Shown here piece after piece: positions 1-14,182 of a stretch of DNA of 64,000 bases. The translations under genes and the position numbers were made by a program. Below the pieces are notes generated by a model. It was not told the origin of the DNA. It was given only the letters and a program-made list of their open reading frames with translations, and made no database searches. The stretch lies in assembly GCF_036321535.1 (NCBI RefSeq), contig NC_087436.1:4154001-4218000 (forward strand), in the 5' to 3' direction. The DNA comes from Camelus dromedarius (taxonomy: Eukaryota). Within the stretch, counting starts at the first letter, position 1; each line of letters starts with the position of its first letter.

Positions 1-664
1 ATAATTTAGAGCTGATGGTACTTGTAGTCAGCAGCAGCAGGACAGTAGGTTGTGAGCATGAATAACTCTTGGAAAGAAAATGCTTTTACTAGGAGCATCT
101 GAAAATGTCTCCAACTATAGATTTAATAAATTGAATCACAGATCTACGGAATGTTTGCACTGAAAAGGTCTGGAGGGAGCAGGTCAAACTCCTCTTTTTA
201 TAAATGGAAAAAAATGAGGTTCAGCTACCAATAGAAAGTGACATTTGTCTTTTACAATGTAATAAGCTTCTAACAATCCCCATTATGAATAGTTCCCATT
301 GTTTACAACTGAAGATGGGGGTCAAAGCATATGTTGGTGAAAGACTGTACATTCAGAGATGAAAGCTGAAACTTAGACAAAATTAGATGTTCATAATGTT
401 TTTGAGTCCTGAAGAACAAAAACGTATCATATTGGCAACATACAAAAAATACTGAAGAAAAGTTTTTTGGTCATTTAAACTGCCAATTTTAAATTTTAAA
501 TTGCCAACTAATAAGTTTAAGTTTTCATTGGAACAAGCTTGTTGAAAAATTGAAGATGAAGACTCATTTCACTTTATCATTTTTCCTTCTTTAAAAAATT
601 AACTTTTTTTTAGTTTTTTAATTGAAGAGTTTTACTTTAATTGCAAATGCATGCTCCATTGTTT

Positions 665-920
665 AGAGAGGCCAGCGTTGTGGTAGTGAGACCTTGGGAA
701 TGAAGTTGCCTAAATTCATATTTGAACACAGCAGCTTGCTTCCTGAGTGATCTTGGACATCTTAAATTCTCTGTGCCATAGTTTCCTATAAAATAAGAAT
801 AAGAGAGTTGCTTCCTCATGACTGTGATAAGGACGGGTTGAATTAATGTGCAGAATCTACTTGGAAGACTTCCTGGCACAGAGGAAGGGCCATGTACTTA
901 GTGACAGCTATTATTATACT
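665..920 (+). mobile_element. MIR SINE, old
   Basis: MIR core-like GTGATCTTGGAC...CTCTGTGCCATAGTTTCCT and 3' end CCTGGCACAGAG...AGCTATTATTAT. Confidence 0.6.
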
Positions 921-1494
921 ATATCTGCTTTTATTATCCAGGTAAAACTTGAGTCTTACTGATTTCATCTCTAAAAATGAAATCTAATCATAAACTCTAA
1001 ATTGGAAACTCTAAAACTTCATAGTTGTAGCTAATTAACACATAAAGCTCAACCAAGAAACACACAGTGGAGACCAGGTAGCTGCAGACACCTGTGAAAC
1101 TTTCTGTTCTGCACGGACTCTAAGCTGTCACTAGCGTCACTTCTGAAATCTAAGGCAAGCTCAGGAATACAGCTTTACAGCTTGGCCTCGTCAGGTACCC
1201 AGACCCCTAAGCTCAGACCATGGCAGGGAAACAATTTGCTGTTCACATGTGCACTTACAAAAAATAGTATTAAAATGAACACTGTACATATTTTGTTGTG
1301 TGTTTGACATCGTTAACAGAAAAGAAAAGGAAAAAAAAAAAAAGGAAAAAAACCCATGCAGTTACAAATAAGGAGGCTATGTCTGAAAATTATTATTTTT
1401 TTTTTAATTATGTTTAGGATTTAGTGGCCAGTTAGGAGACAAATCATTTCACTGGTGTAATCCCTTGATTGACTAAACTTGTTTTTTTAATTAG

Positions 1495-1570
1495 GAAGAA
1501 GAGCTTGTTCCCTTTACCACCTGGGGAAAGTGTATACATATAACCCTTTGTGCAAGTGCTCTTTTTCTGG
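1495..1570 (+). pseudogene. ANO6: ANO6-like pseudo-exon (~exon 12)
   Basis: ttag|GAAGAAGAG...TTCTGG|gtaaga. Reads EEELVPFTTWGKCIHITLCASA, then shifts frame before FFW. 76 nt, 2 nt short of a 26-codon exon. Confidence 0.9.
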
Positions 1571-1929
1571 GTAAGAACCTGCCACACACTTTTAAAATAT
1601 AATGTGAAATGCTGAGAAAACTGAAAGTCAAGCTGGGAACTATGTAGTCTCATAGAGAAAACTTTTTCCAGAGAACATCTGAGCCAACGCAGGGCGCCAC
1701 TCTGGAGGTTCCACAGTCTCTTCTGATCACAGTGCTTCCCCCAATTCTTTTCACCTCATTTGTTCAAATCAGATCAGTGGTTTAGGATTCTCCAGGGTCT
1801 GATTAAGAGACCAGATGGAGGCATTAAGAATTCTAAAATTTTCCAAGATTAACAACCAAGGTAAAATGTCTAAGATAGCCTAACAAAAGGATAGTAGGAA
1901 CTATCAAAAAAAAAAATAAAAGTAAAAAC

Positions 1930-3100
1930 TATTGAAAGATATAAAAGATGCATTAGATCATCACATAATTCTAGATTAAAAGATCATATCTCCAAAATAT
2001 CAGAAGTTATAAAATTGATTTGGGGTCTCTTGTGAATAAAATCATATTAGTAATATAATAATTAATAAGATAATGAGAGTTTTACTAGTTCAAGAATAGC
2101 CAGATTAGAAAATAGGACAGGAAGTCCAGATATGGGCACTGATATTGATAATAAATTAATATAAGAGATGGAAGGCATTACAAATCAGGGAGATAAATAA
2201 AGCTTATTCAGTAAATGGAACACTTGTTAGCTACTTGGGGGGAAAAGAGAAGACTGAAATCATACAGTGAACCATATATTGTGATAAATTCCAGAAACAT
2301 TTAAAAAAGTAACACAATTAGAAAAAAACTAGAAATAAATATGGATGAATATACAACCTCTGGATGAGCAGTAAGTTTCAGAGGAAAATATATAAAGATT
2401 TCCATGCATCAGAAGCATCCTAATTTTAAACAAAACACCAGAGGATGTTATTTGTTTACACATTCGACAAGGGGCTAATTCCTTCAATACATAGAGAGTT
2501 CATTTCACTTCAAAGATAACATCAAAAAATCTCAGGAGCGTGGAAGGCAGAGAAGATGAACACACCTTCACAAAGGAAAAAATAGATGTCACAGTCCAAT
2601 GGTAATTCAGTCAGTGCACATCAGAATGAAATAGTTTTCCACCTCTCAACTGACACAGCTCTGTTTATGAGGATGAAGTGCCAGTGATCACCAATCCCAA
2701 GCCTAGGTTACTGGATATTTTTGGTGAAGTATGGTTGATTTACAATGCTGTGTTAATTTCTGGTGTACTCCTCAAGTGTTCTTAGAAAGCAGTCTGTCAG
2801 TTCATATCAAGAGTCAAAAATATTCATATGCTTTAATCCACTAATTCAGCTTTGAAAAACTTTTAATCAGGAAGTATTTGAAAATGGCAGGGAAAAGTCA
2901 GTATGGATGCAAGTCACAGACATACTTTTGTGTGTATATATATATAAAATCTCAGCCAAAATATTCTTCCAACCCTTCACATAGTGGAATATTATGCAGC
3001 CATGAAAAAGTGTGTCCATGAAAATATTTTATGACAAGTCAAATTGTTATGCTTATGATAAGCTTGAGAATAAAATTAATATATAAAATGATTTGTAATA
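1930..3100 (+). mobile_element. Ancient L1 (L1ME/L1MC-like) ORF2 3' and 3' UTR remnant
   Basis: A-rich and degenerate, with L1-like motifs such as TTATTCAGTAAATGG and GTGGAATATTATGCAGCCATGAAAAA. Boundaries are approximate. Confidence 0.5.
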
Positions 3101-3214
3101 TACAAACAATGCACAGTTCTGAAGGAATTATGTCTACAGGTAGAAGCATTTTTCTTATTTTATTTTTTATTCATTTTCAGAGTTGGAGTCTTTTGATTGT
3201 AGGTGACAAAATCA

Positions 3215-3665
3215 ATCTCCAATGTGCTTAAACAACAACCAAAAAATGGGGATGCAATGGATTTATTGGTTCCTGTAAATGGGAACCTCAGGTCTGAGGT
3301 CTGGCTTCAGTCAAGGAGAGATACTGTAGCCCAGATGATGTCAAGGGCTGGTTTTCTCCTGTCTTCATTCTGTGTCCAAGGATGTCTCAGCATGCTGCTT
3401 CTAGGCACTCAGCATCCCAGATCATCCATCCAAACCAAGAGAGGTCTCTTTTGGCAGCTTCCTCTCTTGATAGGGGAAGCTTATCATTCACATGGGCACA
3501 AGCACGTATCTCCTCACATAATAGTGGCTCTTACTGCGTTATTTGCCAATTCTCAAATCATGTGTGAGGCCAATAGAATGAGGGGTATTATTTGTCTTAA
3601 GCCAACTGAGATCTACCTCTGGTGCTTCAGAAAGAGTGGGTCAATCAAGCTTAAATCACAGGACT
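3215..3665 (-). mobile_element. Old MaLR LTR (MLT1J/K/L-like)
   Basis: GCTTAAACAAC...GATTTATTGGTTCCTGTAA...GGCTTCAG matches the reverse orientation of the MLT1 3' end. Approximate. Confidence 0.5.
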
Positions 3666-5806
3666 AAAAACAGAAGGGAGGTCATTTATCCTAAAGCAAA
3701 ATCTGGGTCCTCTTCTAAGACTGGGGACAGATCCAGGACTGCATTTCTGTCCACTACTGAGTACTTTCAAATTTTCTTTAATGAGCAAATATTAAAGTTA
3801 TGCTCGGAAAAAAATGATAAGTAAGAAGAAACTTGAGGAAGTAGAATGGAAAGCTTTCCTGTTTCTTAAGAAATATTGAATCCATTAAGTGCTTGGAAGA
3901 AAAACGGAAATGTGTCAAGTTTGTAAAAGTTCTGAAATGAATTAGAATTGATTTCACAGACCATGTAGGAGACAGTGCTATACAGTTAGTGTGTCTTTGG
4001 GCTCTTTGAGTATTTCAGTTCTTTCACTTAATAGTTGCTTCATTGGGGGCAAATTGCATCTTCTCCACGTGGCTCTATTTCCTCATCTGTAAAAGAGATA
4101 TAATATTACCTTCCCCACAGGATGATTGTGAGGATTTAGAAAAATAGATGTGTGCTGAAGCAATAGTAAGCATTTAAAGAATCTTAACTATTATGATTAC
4201 TTAATACACAATTAAAAAATTATTATGCAGACTTTTAAAAAATGCATAGTATTTAAATGGCCTATATGTGCTGTACAAGAGGGGAAGGCTTAATATACCT
4301 TCTATAATACATTTTTCTCAGCCTTAACTAATTTTCACATTTAATCACACACACACTAAAAAGTTATTCCTATCACAAGCATGAAGACTTAACTGTGAAG
4401 AAAAGGGTGATGAAAGAGAGTACGGGAGGAAATAAAATGTTTTCTCTACAAACTGATGGCTTAAAAACTAAGGGAAATGCCTTTTTAAGACTTTGGTCAC
4501 GATATTCATAGCTAATACTTAGGTAGAGTTTTTCACATGCCTGTGGTTAATGTTCCAATTGTTTTCACAATCAGTAAATCATTGACTCATCACAATAGTC
4601 CTATAAATTGCTATTATTATCCCCCCATTATGTGGGTGAGGAGATTGAAGCCCCTAGAGGTTAAGAAATTTGCACAAGGCCCGACAGCTAGCATCGGAGC
4701 TGGGATCCAGATGCAGGAGTGTGGCTCCAGGAGGGGATTGTAAACACTCCATCTGCTCTCCCTTGCAGGTGCAAGCCAGCCTCCCGCATTTACAGTAAAT
4801 AACATGATGTGGTTCACTTAGTCTTGAAATTCACATGCTTTGTAGCTTTCTCTCTGGGGCAGCCATCAGGAGCAGCCAGGGACACTGAGTACATGCTTCT
4901 GGACTATGACCAAGAAGGTAGATGGAAGGAAAACAGTTTAAAAATGGGATCTTTAATGTGCATTCTTCAGTGGCCAGAAAAAACCTGCCTAGTGAGGAAC
5001 TGAAACCCTATCAGCCACGTGTAAATTATTCTTCAGACACCCCCTTTGTCCTTGGGTCCACACAGACAGAACTACAATGGATCAGGGACATGAATCTTGT
5101 GCAAATGCAGGGAGTATGAATACCTGCCATTTTAAGATCTCAAGGAGTATGAAAAGCATGTGAAGCTTTCATCAGCAGAGACCTGCTGTCACTTCCAGTA
5201 TTTCCCTCAGGGCATGTCCACAGCTTCACTGGTCCTATTCAGAATGAAGACGACAGCTTGCACCTGCTGGCCCCTGATTCAGTGATAGGTTCTTCCTTGA
5301 AAGGAAGCATATCCCCTTCATGGGTTACAACTAGTTCATAACCTAAGTAATTCTATAGATGTAGAAGGGATATTTTCATTAGTTCTGCTATCATAGACTT
5401 GTCTCCAAAAGAACATGCCACCAGTTACTCCATTTTCACCCATTTAAAGATATACTTAACAGGCTTCCTTCTTTAGTGCAGTTTTAGGTTTACAGAAAAA
5501 TTCACAGAAAGTGGAGTTCCCATATATTCCCTATGCCCTGAACTCAGCTGCTCCTGCTGTCAGCAGGTTACATTAGTGGATGCACTCATTCTTTTTGACA
5601 TCCTTCATTCCTCCTCCCCTAAAGTTTAACATTTCTGATATTCACGTATCTTGTGGCATTTACGTGTGATTTACATCACTTCTCACGTTTATGTGAGGTT
5701 TAAAGCACATGCATGTTGTCTGTTTAAGCGTGGGTTGGGGGCAAGAATTCTGTGTAAAAATACGATCATTAGTGAGTCTCATGCTGCTGGGTTTTTGGGT
5801 TGTCAG

Positions 5807-6033
5807 GTCCTGTTGACCATTGCTTCAGTTATTGGGATCATTGTCTACAGGCTCTCAGTGTTCATTGTATTTTCAGCAGAACTTCTCAAGAACCTGAATG
5901 GAAGAGACCCAATCCAGAAGTACCTGACTGTGCAGGTGGGCCATGCCCATCACTACTTCCCTCATCAGTTTTATCATCATCGTGACCCTGATCGCCGTAT
6001 ATGAGAAAGTGGCAGTCATGATGACTGAGTCTG
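5807..6033 (+). pseudogene. ANO6: ANO6-like pseudo-exon (~exon 13)
   Basis: tcag|GTCCTG...TCTG|gtaag. Reads VLLTIASVIGIIVYRLSVFIVFSAELLKNLNGRDPIQKYLTVQV, then a +1 frameshift near 5938, then AMPITTSLISFIIIVTLIAVYEKVAVMMTES. Confidence 0.93.
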
Positions 6034-7122
6034 GTAAGCTCCTCCTGCAGCTTAGGTCATTTCTACACCAGTTTTACAACCAGGTCAAAACAGAGACTAC
6101 CTTTTAGGCACTTCAATTCCAGTATATTACAGTCTTTAGAAAACTTCAAGTGTAAACGTATTTTCTCTAGCCTATGTGAGAAGTGAATTAGCTCCAGCTT
6201 TGGATTAGTAAAAGGGACAAAGGAAGCATTAGAATGTCCAAGCTCTGTGTAAACAGGTCAGTGCTTAATAATAATTTCATTTACATTAGATCATGTACCC
6301 TACTGTTGAAAGTAAATAGTCTCTTGCAAATAAGTGAAGAGGGTTGTGGTTCCAGTGGCATATTTTCTTGTGCATTATGGAGAGGACAAGTAATCACAGT
6401 GTTATGTGTCTTCCCCCCATGCTGTTCCTGTTAGTGTAGCTCCATTCCCATCAGCTGTGGCGTCTATAATAAATGTTTCTTCTCTCTGGCTTGTATCCCA
6501 GCCAGCAGCTTAGCGGCCCAAGTTAAGTGCTTCCCACATGCTGCATGTGGCTGGGTGGCACTCCCAGTGGTCTGCTCAGTGGTAATCTTCTGAAAACACC
6601 AAGACCAATTCAAATTCTAAACTAGGAGTTTGACCCATTTTATGTTCCCCAAATACTACTAGCAAGTTGCCCCGTGTTTTGTTTAGTTTCTTCAATAGTC
6701 CTACCTTACTGCCGTTCAGGGAGACAAGAGAATATCATTTAGCAGGATGTTTAAAAGTAGCTTTCTGTCAACTTACACCTGACAGAGGACAGTTCTTGCC
6801 CATTGGATACTGTTGTGCTTATAAATTTTAAGGAATGGCTGAATTTTTTTTTTTTTTTTGCCTTGTGGGATATTGTGTTCATAGTGGGAGAAACTCTTAC
6901 AACAGTGTGTACATTGGAATTAACATAGTAGCTATGATAATGAATTCAAAACTGCTTAAATGAAAACAGTGTTAATTGTGTGTGTATATGTATGTATATA
7001 TTTTTGTGTGTGTATATGTATGTATATATTTACCGTGTTAACTCATGTGTCCATGGCTTTGATTAGGGTCTCAAAGCCATTCACAGTTTTGCAGATTTAA
7101 CTTTTCTTTGTTCTAGCTGCAG

Positions 7123-7291
7123 AGCTCCCAAGGACCAGACTGACTATGAGAACAACCTAGCCATGAAGGTGTTCTTGTTCCAGTTTGTCAACTAGTACTC
7201 CTCGTGTTTCTACATCACATTCTTTAAGGGAAGATTTGTGACTTATCAGGGAGATCTGGTGTATTGGCTGTGAAAATACAGAAATGAAGAG
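7123..7291 (+). pseudogene. ANO6: ANO6-like pseudo-exon (~exon 14)
   Basis: gcag|AGCTCCCA...GAAGAG|gtgtga. Reads LPRT (-1 nt) [49 protein letters not shown]. Stops are TAG 7193-7195 and TGA 7271-7273. Confidence 0.93.
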
Positions 7292-7466
7292 GTGTGAGTA
7301 AAGCTTTGTGTTCAGACAGTCTAACCGTTTCATGTTTTCTCTTAGTTGCCCAATGAAGAGTGTCTTTACTCTCTGTTCCTTAGATTTTTTTAGGCATAAA
7401 ATAATGATTTTATTTCATGTTAGAGCTATCTAAAATTTAAATGAGATTTTTTTTCTAATATTCCAG

Positions 7467-7564
7467 TGTGACCCAGGTGGCTGTTTCCTTGAATTGATGA
7501 CACAGCTGACAATAATCATGGGAGGACAGTCAATCTGGAATAACATACAAGAGGTGTTACTTCC
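7467..7564 (+). pseudogene. ANO6: ANO6-like pseudo-exon (~exon 15), frame still open
   Basis: ccag|TGTGAC...CTTCC|gtgagt. 98 nt, reads [33 protein letters not shown]. Confidence 0.93.
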
Positions 7565-7974
7565 GTGAGTACTAAGTCATGTGATCATGGGGTGAGAATG
7601 GCCCACCCATCCACGTCATTTTCCTGCGTGCCCATCTCTAAAGCAGGGGAGGCTCTGCTTATTAAAGCTCTCCAGATAAGATAATCCAGCCAACAGTGTA
7701 AATGTACCTGCTGTTTAATAATTATGCTTAAACACCTTCCTTTTTATGTTTAATTTAAACCCCCAAGTGTTATAGTTTCTGCTTATTATCCCATCACTGG
7801 GGACTGACTGATCAGAGCCCTTTGAGAGATGGCCCTTTTTGGGGCTGTGAACTAAGTTTTCCCACAAGTTCCCACAACTTTCTCCTCCTTTGATACATGC
7901 ATTTAAAAATCCATAACAAGAATTTGTTGAGTGCCTATTATGTGCTGGTCACTGTATTAAATGTTGTACATATA

Positions 7975-7984
7975 TGTGTGTGTG

Positions 7985-8029
<45 letters not shown>
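7975..8029. repeat. (TG)n microsatellite inside a MIR remnant
   Basis: Pure TG run at 7987-8028. Confidence 0.95.
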
Positions 8030-8031
<2 letters not shown>

Positions 8032-8425
8032 AATTTAATCACCCAAACAATCCTTATTCTTATCTTCCTTTTGCAAATGAATATCCTGTGGCTTAAAGAG
8101 GGTAAATGATTTGCCCAAGCTCTCAATGCCAATAAGAGACCACTGTGGGACTCAGATGTAAGACCCTATCTCTCTGAATCCATGTTCCTCTAAGAACAGA
8201 GACTCTCTTGGGGTCCTAAGGCACAGTGTTAAATAATGTTTTAAGAGACACTTGTCTAAAATAATAACTACAGAGGTTTTGACTTACTGTTCTCTTCCTA
8301 AAAATGAGAAAAACAGATGTTAGCAAAGGTCACACTATCCTTTTGATTTTCACATAAGCCCAATCCCACATCAAAGTGGACAGTCCAGTGTTATCTGCAA
8401 TTTCTGAACATTTCAAGGAGCTTAA

Positions 8426-8953
8426 TATATTCGCTTTCTGTTGCTGTTGTAACAAGTGTCCCCAAACGTCATGGTAGTAGGAAGAAAAAAGAAAAAGTCT
8501 CCACTAAACAACACAAATTTAACCTTGTAGGGTTCTTGAATGCAGAAGCCTGCTGAAGTCAAAGTTTTGGCAGGGCTGTTTCTGAAGGCCTCAGGCGAAC
8601 CTGTATCTTTGACTTTTCTGGCTTCCAGAGCCTACCTGCATCTCTTGGCCTGTGACCTCTTTTCTCTCTCTAAAGTTCAGTGTGGTTGTGTGTCTCTGAC
8701 TCTGATTTTGTGGTCACATCTCCTCTCCTCTCTCTCCTCTTCTGCCTCCCTCTTCCTCCTTTTAACGACCCTGGTGATTACACTGGGCCCACCTATATGA
8801 TCCAGCTCATCTCTCTTAGAGTCGGCTGGTTAGCAACCTTAACTGCTTCTGCAACAATAGGCCCCCTTTGCCAGGGAACCTGACCTCTTCATATATTCTG
8901 GGGATTAGGACATAGACATCTTGGGGGGGGGGGACATTTTTCTGCCTACCACA
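8426..8953 (-). mobile_element. MaLR solo LTR (MLT1D-like)
   Basis: Starts TTGCTGTTGTAACAAG and ends CTGGGGATTAGGACATAGACATCTTGGGGG...TCTGCCTACCACA, typical of MLT1D. Confidence 0.75.
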
Positions 8954-11900
8954 CTGGCTTTGAGTTTCTGTTCTCATGAAACTCTTGATCTCTCTTCTGT
9001 CTTGCCTTCCACACCAGCATTCTGCTCCTGGCCAACCTAACTGCACTGCTCACCCCTCTCTGTGGTGTCCCCCAAAACCACTTACACAAGCAGGCCTTAC
9101 TGTTGTTTGGAGCATGGAGGATAAACTCAAACAACTTGAATTTTGAAATAAGAAACCTCCATCATTTTAAAATCTTCCATGCCACTATAAAAAATTTTAA
9201 CTTCGTTTTTTAATTTTTAAACTATTTTAAACTTTGTTACTTTTTTTAAACTTTACTTTTTTTTCTTATCATCCTTCATTGTAGGCTCCAGAAAACTGCT
9301 ATTCTGCCCACCGCATCCAACTTCCCTTTCATTGTTTATCCTCCCTTCCCTAATCTTCCTTCTCTCTCCCTTATTACCAAGTTTCTGTCCATTCTCTTTA
9401 TAGGGCAGTTAAATTATTTTTTGTTTCTTTCTTTCTGTTTCTGCAGAGTGAACACCTTTGGGTGTCAGTGTGTCCTTCCACATTTCTTCACAAGGGCTTC
9501 TCCTTTTAGCTTCAGTATGAATTACTGGGGTCTGTCTCTAAACAAAGGCATTTCCCTTGTCCCCCAGCTCACCACGCCCCTCAAAAAAAAACAAGATTCT
9601 GATCTTCGCTGTGAAGTGAATCTTTTTTTTCCCCTACTGTGTAGTAGACAACTCTTACCCTGAGCTCACAGTCAGATTTTTCCAGAGGAGTAAAAGTAGC
9701 TCATGTGCAAATAATACTATTTTTCTCTGTGAAAAGAAATAGAACAGATAGAGGAAATACTTAACACAGATTACTCAAAAGCATTTCCTGAAGGAAATAG
9801 GCTAGTTATTTAACACTAAATTTTGTTGAATCTGGTTATCAGTGAGCTACTTTTACCAATCAAGGAGAAGGATTTAATTTCTAAATTGGTACTGAGCAAT
9901 TCATGTGAAATGAAACTTGCTCACATGAACTAGTTTAAAGTAAAGGGTGCATTATAGTATCTGTGGTCTGTTTATACCTTCGCTTAAGTAAGCACATTGC
10001 TGTAGGTTCCAGTGAGCTGAACTTTGCCTCCATGTATTTCTACTCTGGGCTAAAATATTTAGGGAATATATTTTGAATTATGTTTCCCTTGTTTGAAAAC
10101 CAGGAATGCTGAATGGTAGCCAAGTTCGAGGGTGGCTTGTGTTTTCCTCACTGCCTCTTTGCTTTGTATAAGGTGCCAGTTTCCTTCTTAATTTTTCATA
10201 TAAAATCCTAACATACCAAAGATCTATCAATTACTCTTGCTGCACCAAAACTATACCCATCCTCAAAAATAAATAGGAAGGGAAAAGAAAACTTATCAAA
10301 GTTAGCGACTATTTTCATGCTATTTAAATATGTCTAAAGGAACATAATGAAATGAAGTTCACCATAACTCACCTGCCTCCAACCCCCCAATTCCATGTGG
10401 GGTTCTTGAGTAGGATTCTGGGAGCAAATGAAGAAGGACAGTGATGCCGTGATCCAGGCTCCCTCTGGGGTCTCTCCAGCACTTGGATCGACACCTGGTA
10501 TAAAGTAGGTCTCAGTCCGAGCCAACTGAGTGAGTGAGCAACTCACAGGCATTGCATGCATAACATCAGTCAATTAAAAGCATTCTTTGTAGGACTCAGA
10601 GAATAAGCTGAGAGCCCTGAGGCCTTCCCAGCCTCACATACTATTTTGATATTGGGGTCATTTCTGGGAATGTTATTCTGTACTTGACAAAAGGCTAGTA
10701 CAATTCCAGGGTTAAGCAACTTGCCCTAGGGAAATTTTATGTTAAAATATTAAGAAAAATAAATGCCCAAAATGACATAGCATTGTCCTTTGGTGTTTAG
10801 ATAATTTATGGCTGTAATTTTCTTACTTTATATGTATTCTACAATTTCCACCGTGGGTATGCACTACTATATAATAAGAAAAAGCAAGTGTTTAAAAGAG
10901 AAAATCTCTCTTCTCCGGATATGATTTGGTTAGAGGATGAGTCAGATACATATAATAAGAGAATCTTAAATACATGTGTCCATAATTCACTCTTTAAATT
11001 CAGGAACAGGAAACTCAGGAATGAAATAGATTAAGAGAATCAAAGATACTTGTATTCAAGATTAGCAAGTGGGAGTGTCCTCAACAGAAATGGTGATAAT
11101 CTGTAATGCAGGGATTACATGTGATAATGAGGGTACAAAGACAACATGAAGAAGAAAATGCCACGTGGCAAGCACTGAGTAAAGGGCAATTTACTATGAT
11201 TATGGCAATATGTGTGGTCAATTCCCAAGCACATGATTGTGTAACCCCTGCTAGAGGGAGAAAGCTTCCAGCGTTGGCTGGAAAGGGGGGCGGATCCAGT
11301 GTCTGTATTTTTTAATATGTCTACAGGTGCTTCTCATGTGCAAATTGATATCCCTGCACGAGAACTGTAACTCAACAGAAAACCGAAAAGACCGAGGACA
11401 GTGATGGGTTGCCGACAGCCCAAGCTTTTCTGCCACAGAAGCGTGGTTCCTCTCAGGAAGACTGGGCAAGAGGCTCAGAGCCTTAGCTAAGGACAAGCCA
11501 GTCGGGGCTTCTAATACGACCTAATGCCATCGGCGGGGGAGGGCAGTTCAGCACAAGAAGGGAGCGCCAGATGAGTTAGCATGGAAGTTTCATCCTGGAT
11601 CCAAACCGTGATGGATTTGGGTCCCGGAGGGTAAAAGCCCTGCTTCCCTGGGGCATGGACCGCATTCCACAAGAGGCTGAGACAGGAAGTATGAGGCAGA
11701 GAAAAATTCCCTCAGGAGACTCCCGAGTCTGGGTGCCAGGAAGGGTGATGGACGAGCGCGGTCCCAGCGCCACCCGCACCGCAGGGCTCCTAGTGGCTGT
11801 GGAGCTGCACGCTCCCGGCCGGACCTCAGACCTGACTGCAGCGCTCTGGGCTGCGGCCTGGGGAGCGGCTTCAGCAGCAGGCTGTCCCCGTCATTCTCGT

Positions 11901-12134
11901 AGGTGCTGCAGTGACCCCCACCCCTGTGGAAACGATGTTCCCAAGCCAAGGCTATAAGTGACTTCAACCCTATTTACAGGTGACCACAGCTGATTACCCT
12001 GTGCTGCTCAAAAGGAAAATCCCACATGGGGTTTTGATGTGTTAGGGGTGTTGCTAATACCTGGCCTGCTTTGAATCATTTAATCCTGATAGCCTGTGGG
12101 CAGTGTAGGTTTAATCTCCCCATTTTATTTCAAA

Positions 12135-12313
12135 TATTTTTTTGTTAGAAATATAGTTGGTTTACAATATTGTGTTAATTCCTGGTGTACAGCATAGTGA
12201 TTCAGTTATACATACATATATATATATATGTATTCCTTGTCATATTCTTTTTCACTATAGTCTGTTACAAGGTATTGAATGTAGTTCCCTTTGCTGTACA
12301 GTAGGACCTTGTT
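12135..12313 (-). mobile_element. Short L1 3'-end fragment of artiodactyl/camelid type
   Basis: AAATATAGTTGGTTTACAATATTGTGTTAATTCCTGGTGTACAGCATAGTGATTCAG...CTGTACAGTAGGACCTTGTT. Confidence 0.8.
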
Positions 12314-12409
12314 TGATGCAAAAATTTCAAAACAAAGTATTTGCAAACTAAATCTAGCCATGTATATGACAGAGTTGAGTTTATCTCAGGATTTAAATGT
12401 GGTTTTGGT

Positions 12410-12770
12410 CTCCAGGATCCCTTTATCAATTTATCATAAGTAAACAGCCTGTGGACCCCTTCTCAGAAAAATGTTTTAAAATCATAAGATTTGGAGAATA
12501 AAGAAGGATTATAATTATACTGAAAAGCAGATATCAGAATATAGAAGTGGACATTTGTGATACAGTAACATCTGAATTATTGGAAGAACGTGTTGAATAA
12601 GAGGATCCAGCGGTGGGTCTACTAACCGCAACATTCTGCCATAGCAGTGAGTGTCAGTCATCTTCTGAGATCTGCAACAGTTGCATTTTGAATGTAACTA
12701 AAGTTAAACAATGAAAAAGCCATGAAGTGTGGATTCAGATTCAGGGGTATCTCGAGTCCATATCCCCACC
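12410..12770 (+). mobile_element. hAT-Charlie non-autonomous DNA transposon (MER119-like)
   Basis: GCCTGTGGACCCCTTCTCAGAAAAATGTTTT and GATCCAGCGGTGGGTCTACTAAC match the recalled MER119 consensus. Confidence 0.6.
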
Positions 12771-14182
12771 ACTTCCCAAAGCTCCCTGCTCTTCCCCTAA
12801 TGTCATTAAAAGAGGCGGGGAAAGTTTGTGAAGCGAAGGGCATGTTCCATTGCAAAGAAATCTCATAGCAAACCTGGGAGCATGGCCAGTGAACAGTTAA
12901 AGCTGAGATCAGAGGCAGTGGGAAACCTCGCAGGGGCAGCTCTTTACAAGTCACATCATATACTCTGTGTGTGTCCACGTGTGTGTGCATACAGACGTGT
13001 GGGCATGTATGATGTATACACCTGCCTTTCGTGTGAAGCCGCCTCACTGTCCAAATTTGAAATCCATCCACATGTGCAGTGCAGTCAGCAGAAGCTCAGC
13101 CGGACTCTAAGTTGTCTGTTGCTCTGTCTCTTCTGCTGAACTCCATGAGTAAACCGCGCGCCAGCTTTTGCTTTCAGGGACAACAGCTCTGAAGGCTACA
13201 GGTTCATGCCTTGTTTCACTGCCAACTCTGATTTCGTTTCAGGACAAATTGCCATTTGAAAAAGGGGGAAGCATTCAGTTGGCCCACAAGCCTCTGAGTG
13301 AGGAAAAAAGATAACCTTAGAGACAGCTCTGTGGGACAGCATCCAGGAGGGGGCAGAGCACTGGGCTGCGAGTCGAGGCTGTGTTTCTTTCAAGCTCTGC
13401 ACTGACTTTGAGGAGGCATGTCACTTCATTGGCCCTTCATTTGTTCAGCTTAAATTAGGGTCTTGGATCTGTTCGATCCAACGTTAGAGTATCACTTTTC
13501 TGCTCGGTGACCCTCCATGGCTCCGCAATTCCTTCAGAGGGAAAAATGCCCACATCCTCATGGCACCCTCTTAGGCTCCACCCCCAAAACCACCAGTTAT
13601 TTCCTACTCACTGTGGCCCACACCAGCCTCCATGCTGTCTGTCCAGCGTGAGGGACCTCCAGGCCTGTGATCACCGTTCCCTCTGCCCCTCCTCTGCCCA
13701 CCCCTTTGCCTCCGTCTTTGCCTTATTCAAAGGTCACTGCCCCAGACCCACTCCTTCCTACCACACATTCCTCGCCCTCCTTTACTTTCCCCGCAGCACT
13801 TATCACCAGCTCACAGACCCTGTCTTTCTTTCTTTTACTTATTTTCTCTGACAGTTTTCAGACTGGAAAGACCATGGTGGATAATAGCAGAGAAATGGGG
13901 GGAAAAAGACTAATGAGGGAAGTATCTTCTGAAAGCTGAAATGCCCACATGAAAGGAGGTAGGAGATAAAGTAGTAGTCGTTACAATTTTGGTAAACCCA
14001 AGGTACGTAGTCAGGACTAGTTTTCAAAGTATTTGGGGGTAAGGAGGCAGCAATAAAAAGAAATTTAACCTGAAAACAAATTAAATTCTTGGGAAGATGA
14101 TGTGTTCAGCTTGAATTGTCAGTAATACTTTAATGACCTTGGTCTAATAATATCCTGCCTTATAATTTGATCTGTTTGGCAG

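Noticed and set aside
5651..6004. 117-aa ORF as a functional short membrane protein
   Set aside because: It is intron sequence fused to the frameshifted ANO6 pseudo-exon, with a non-ATG start.
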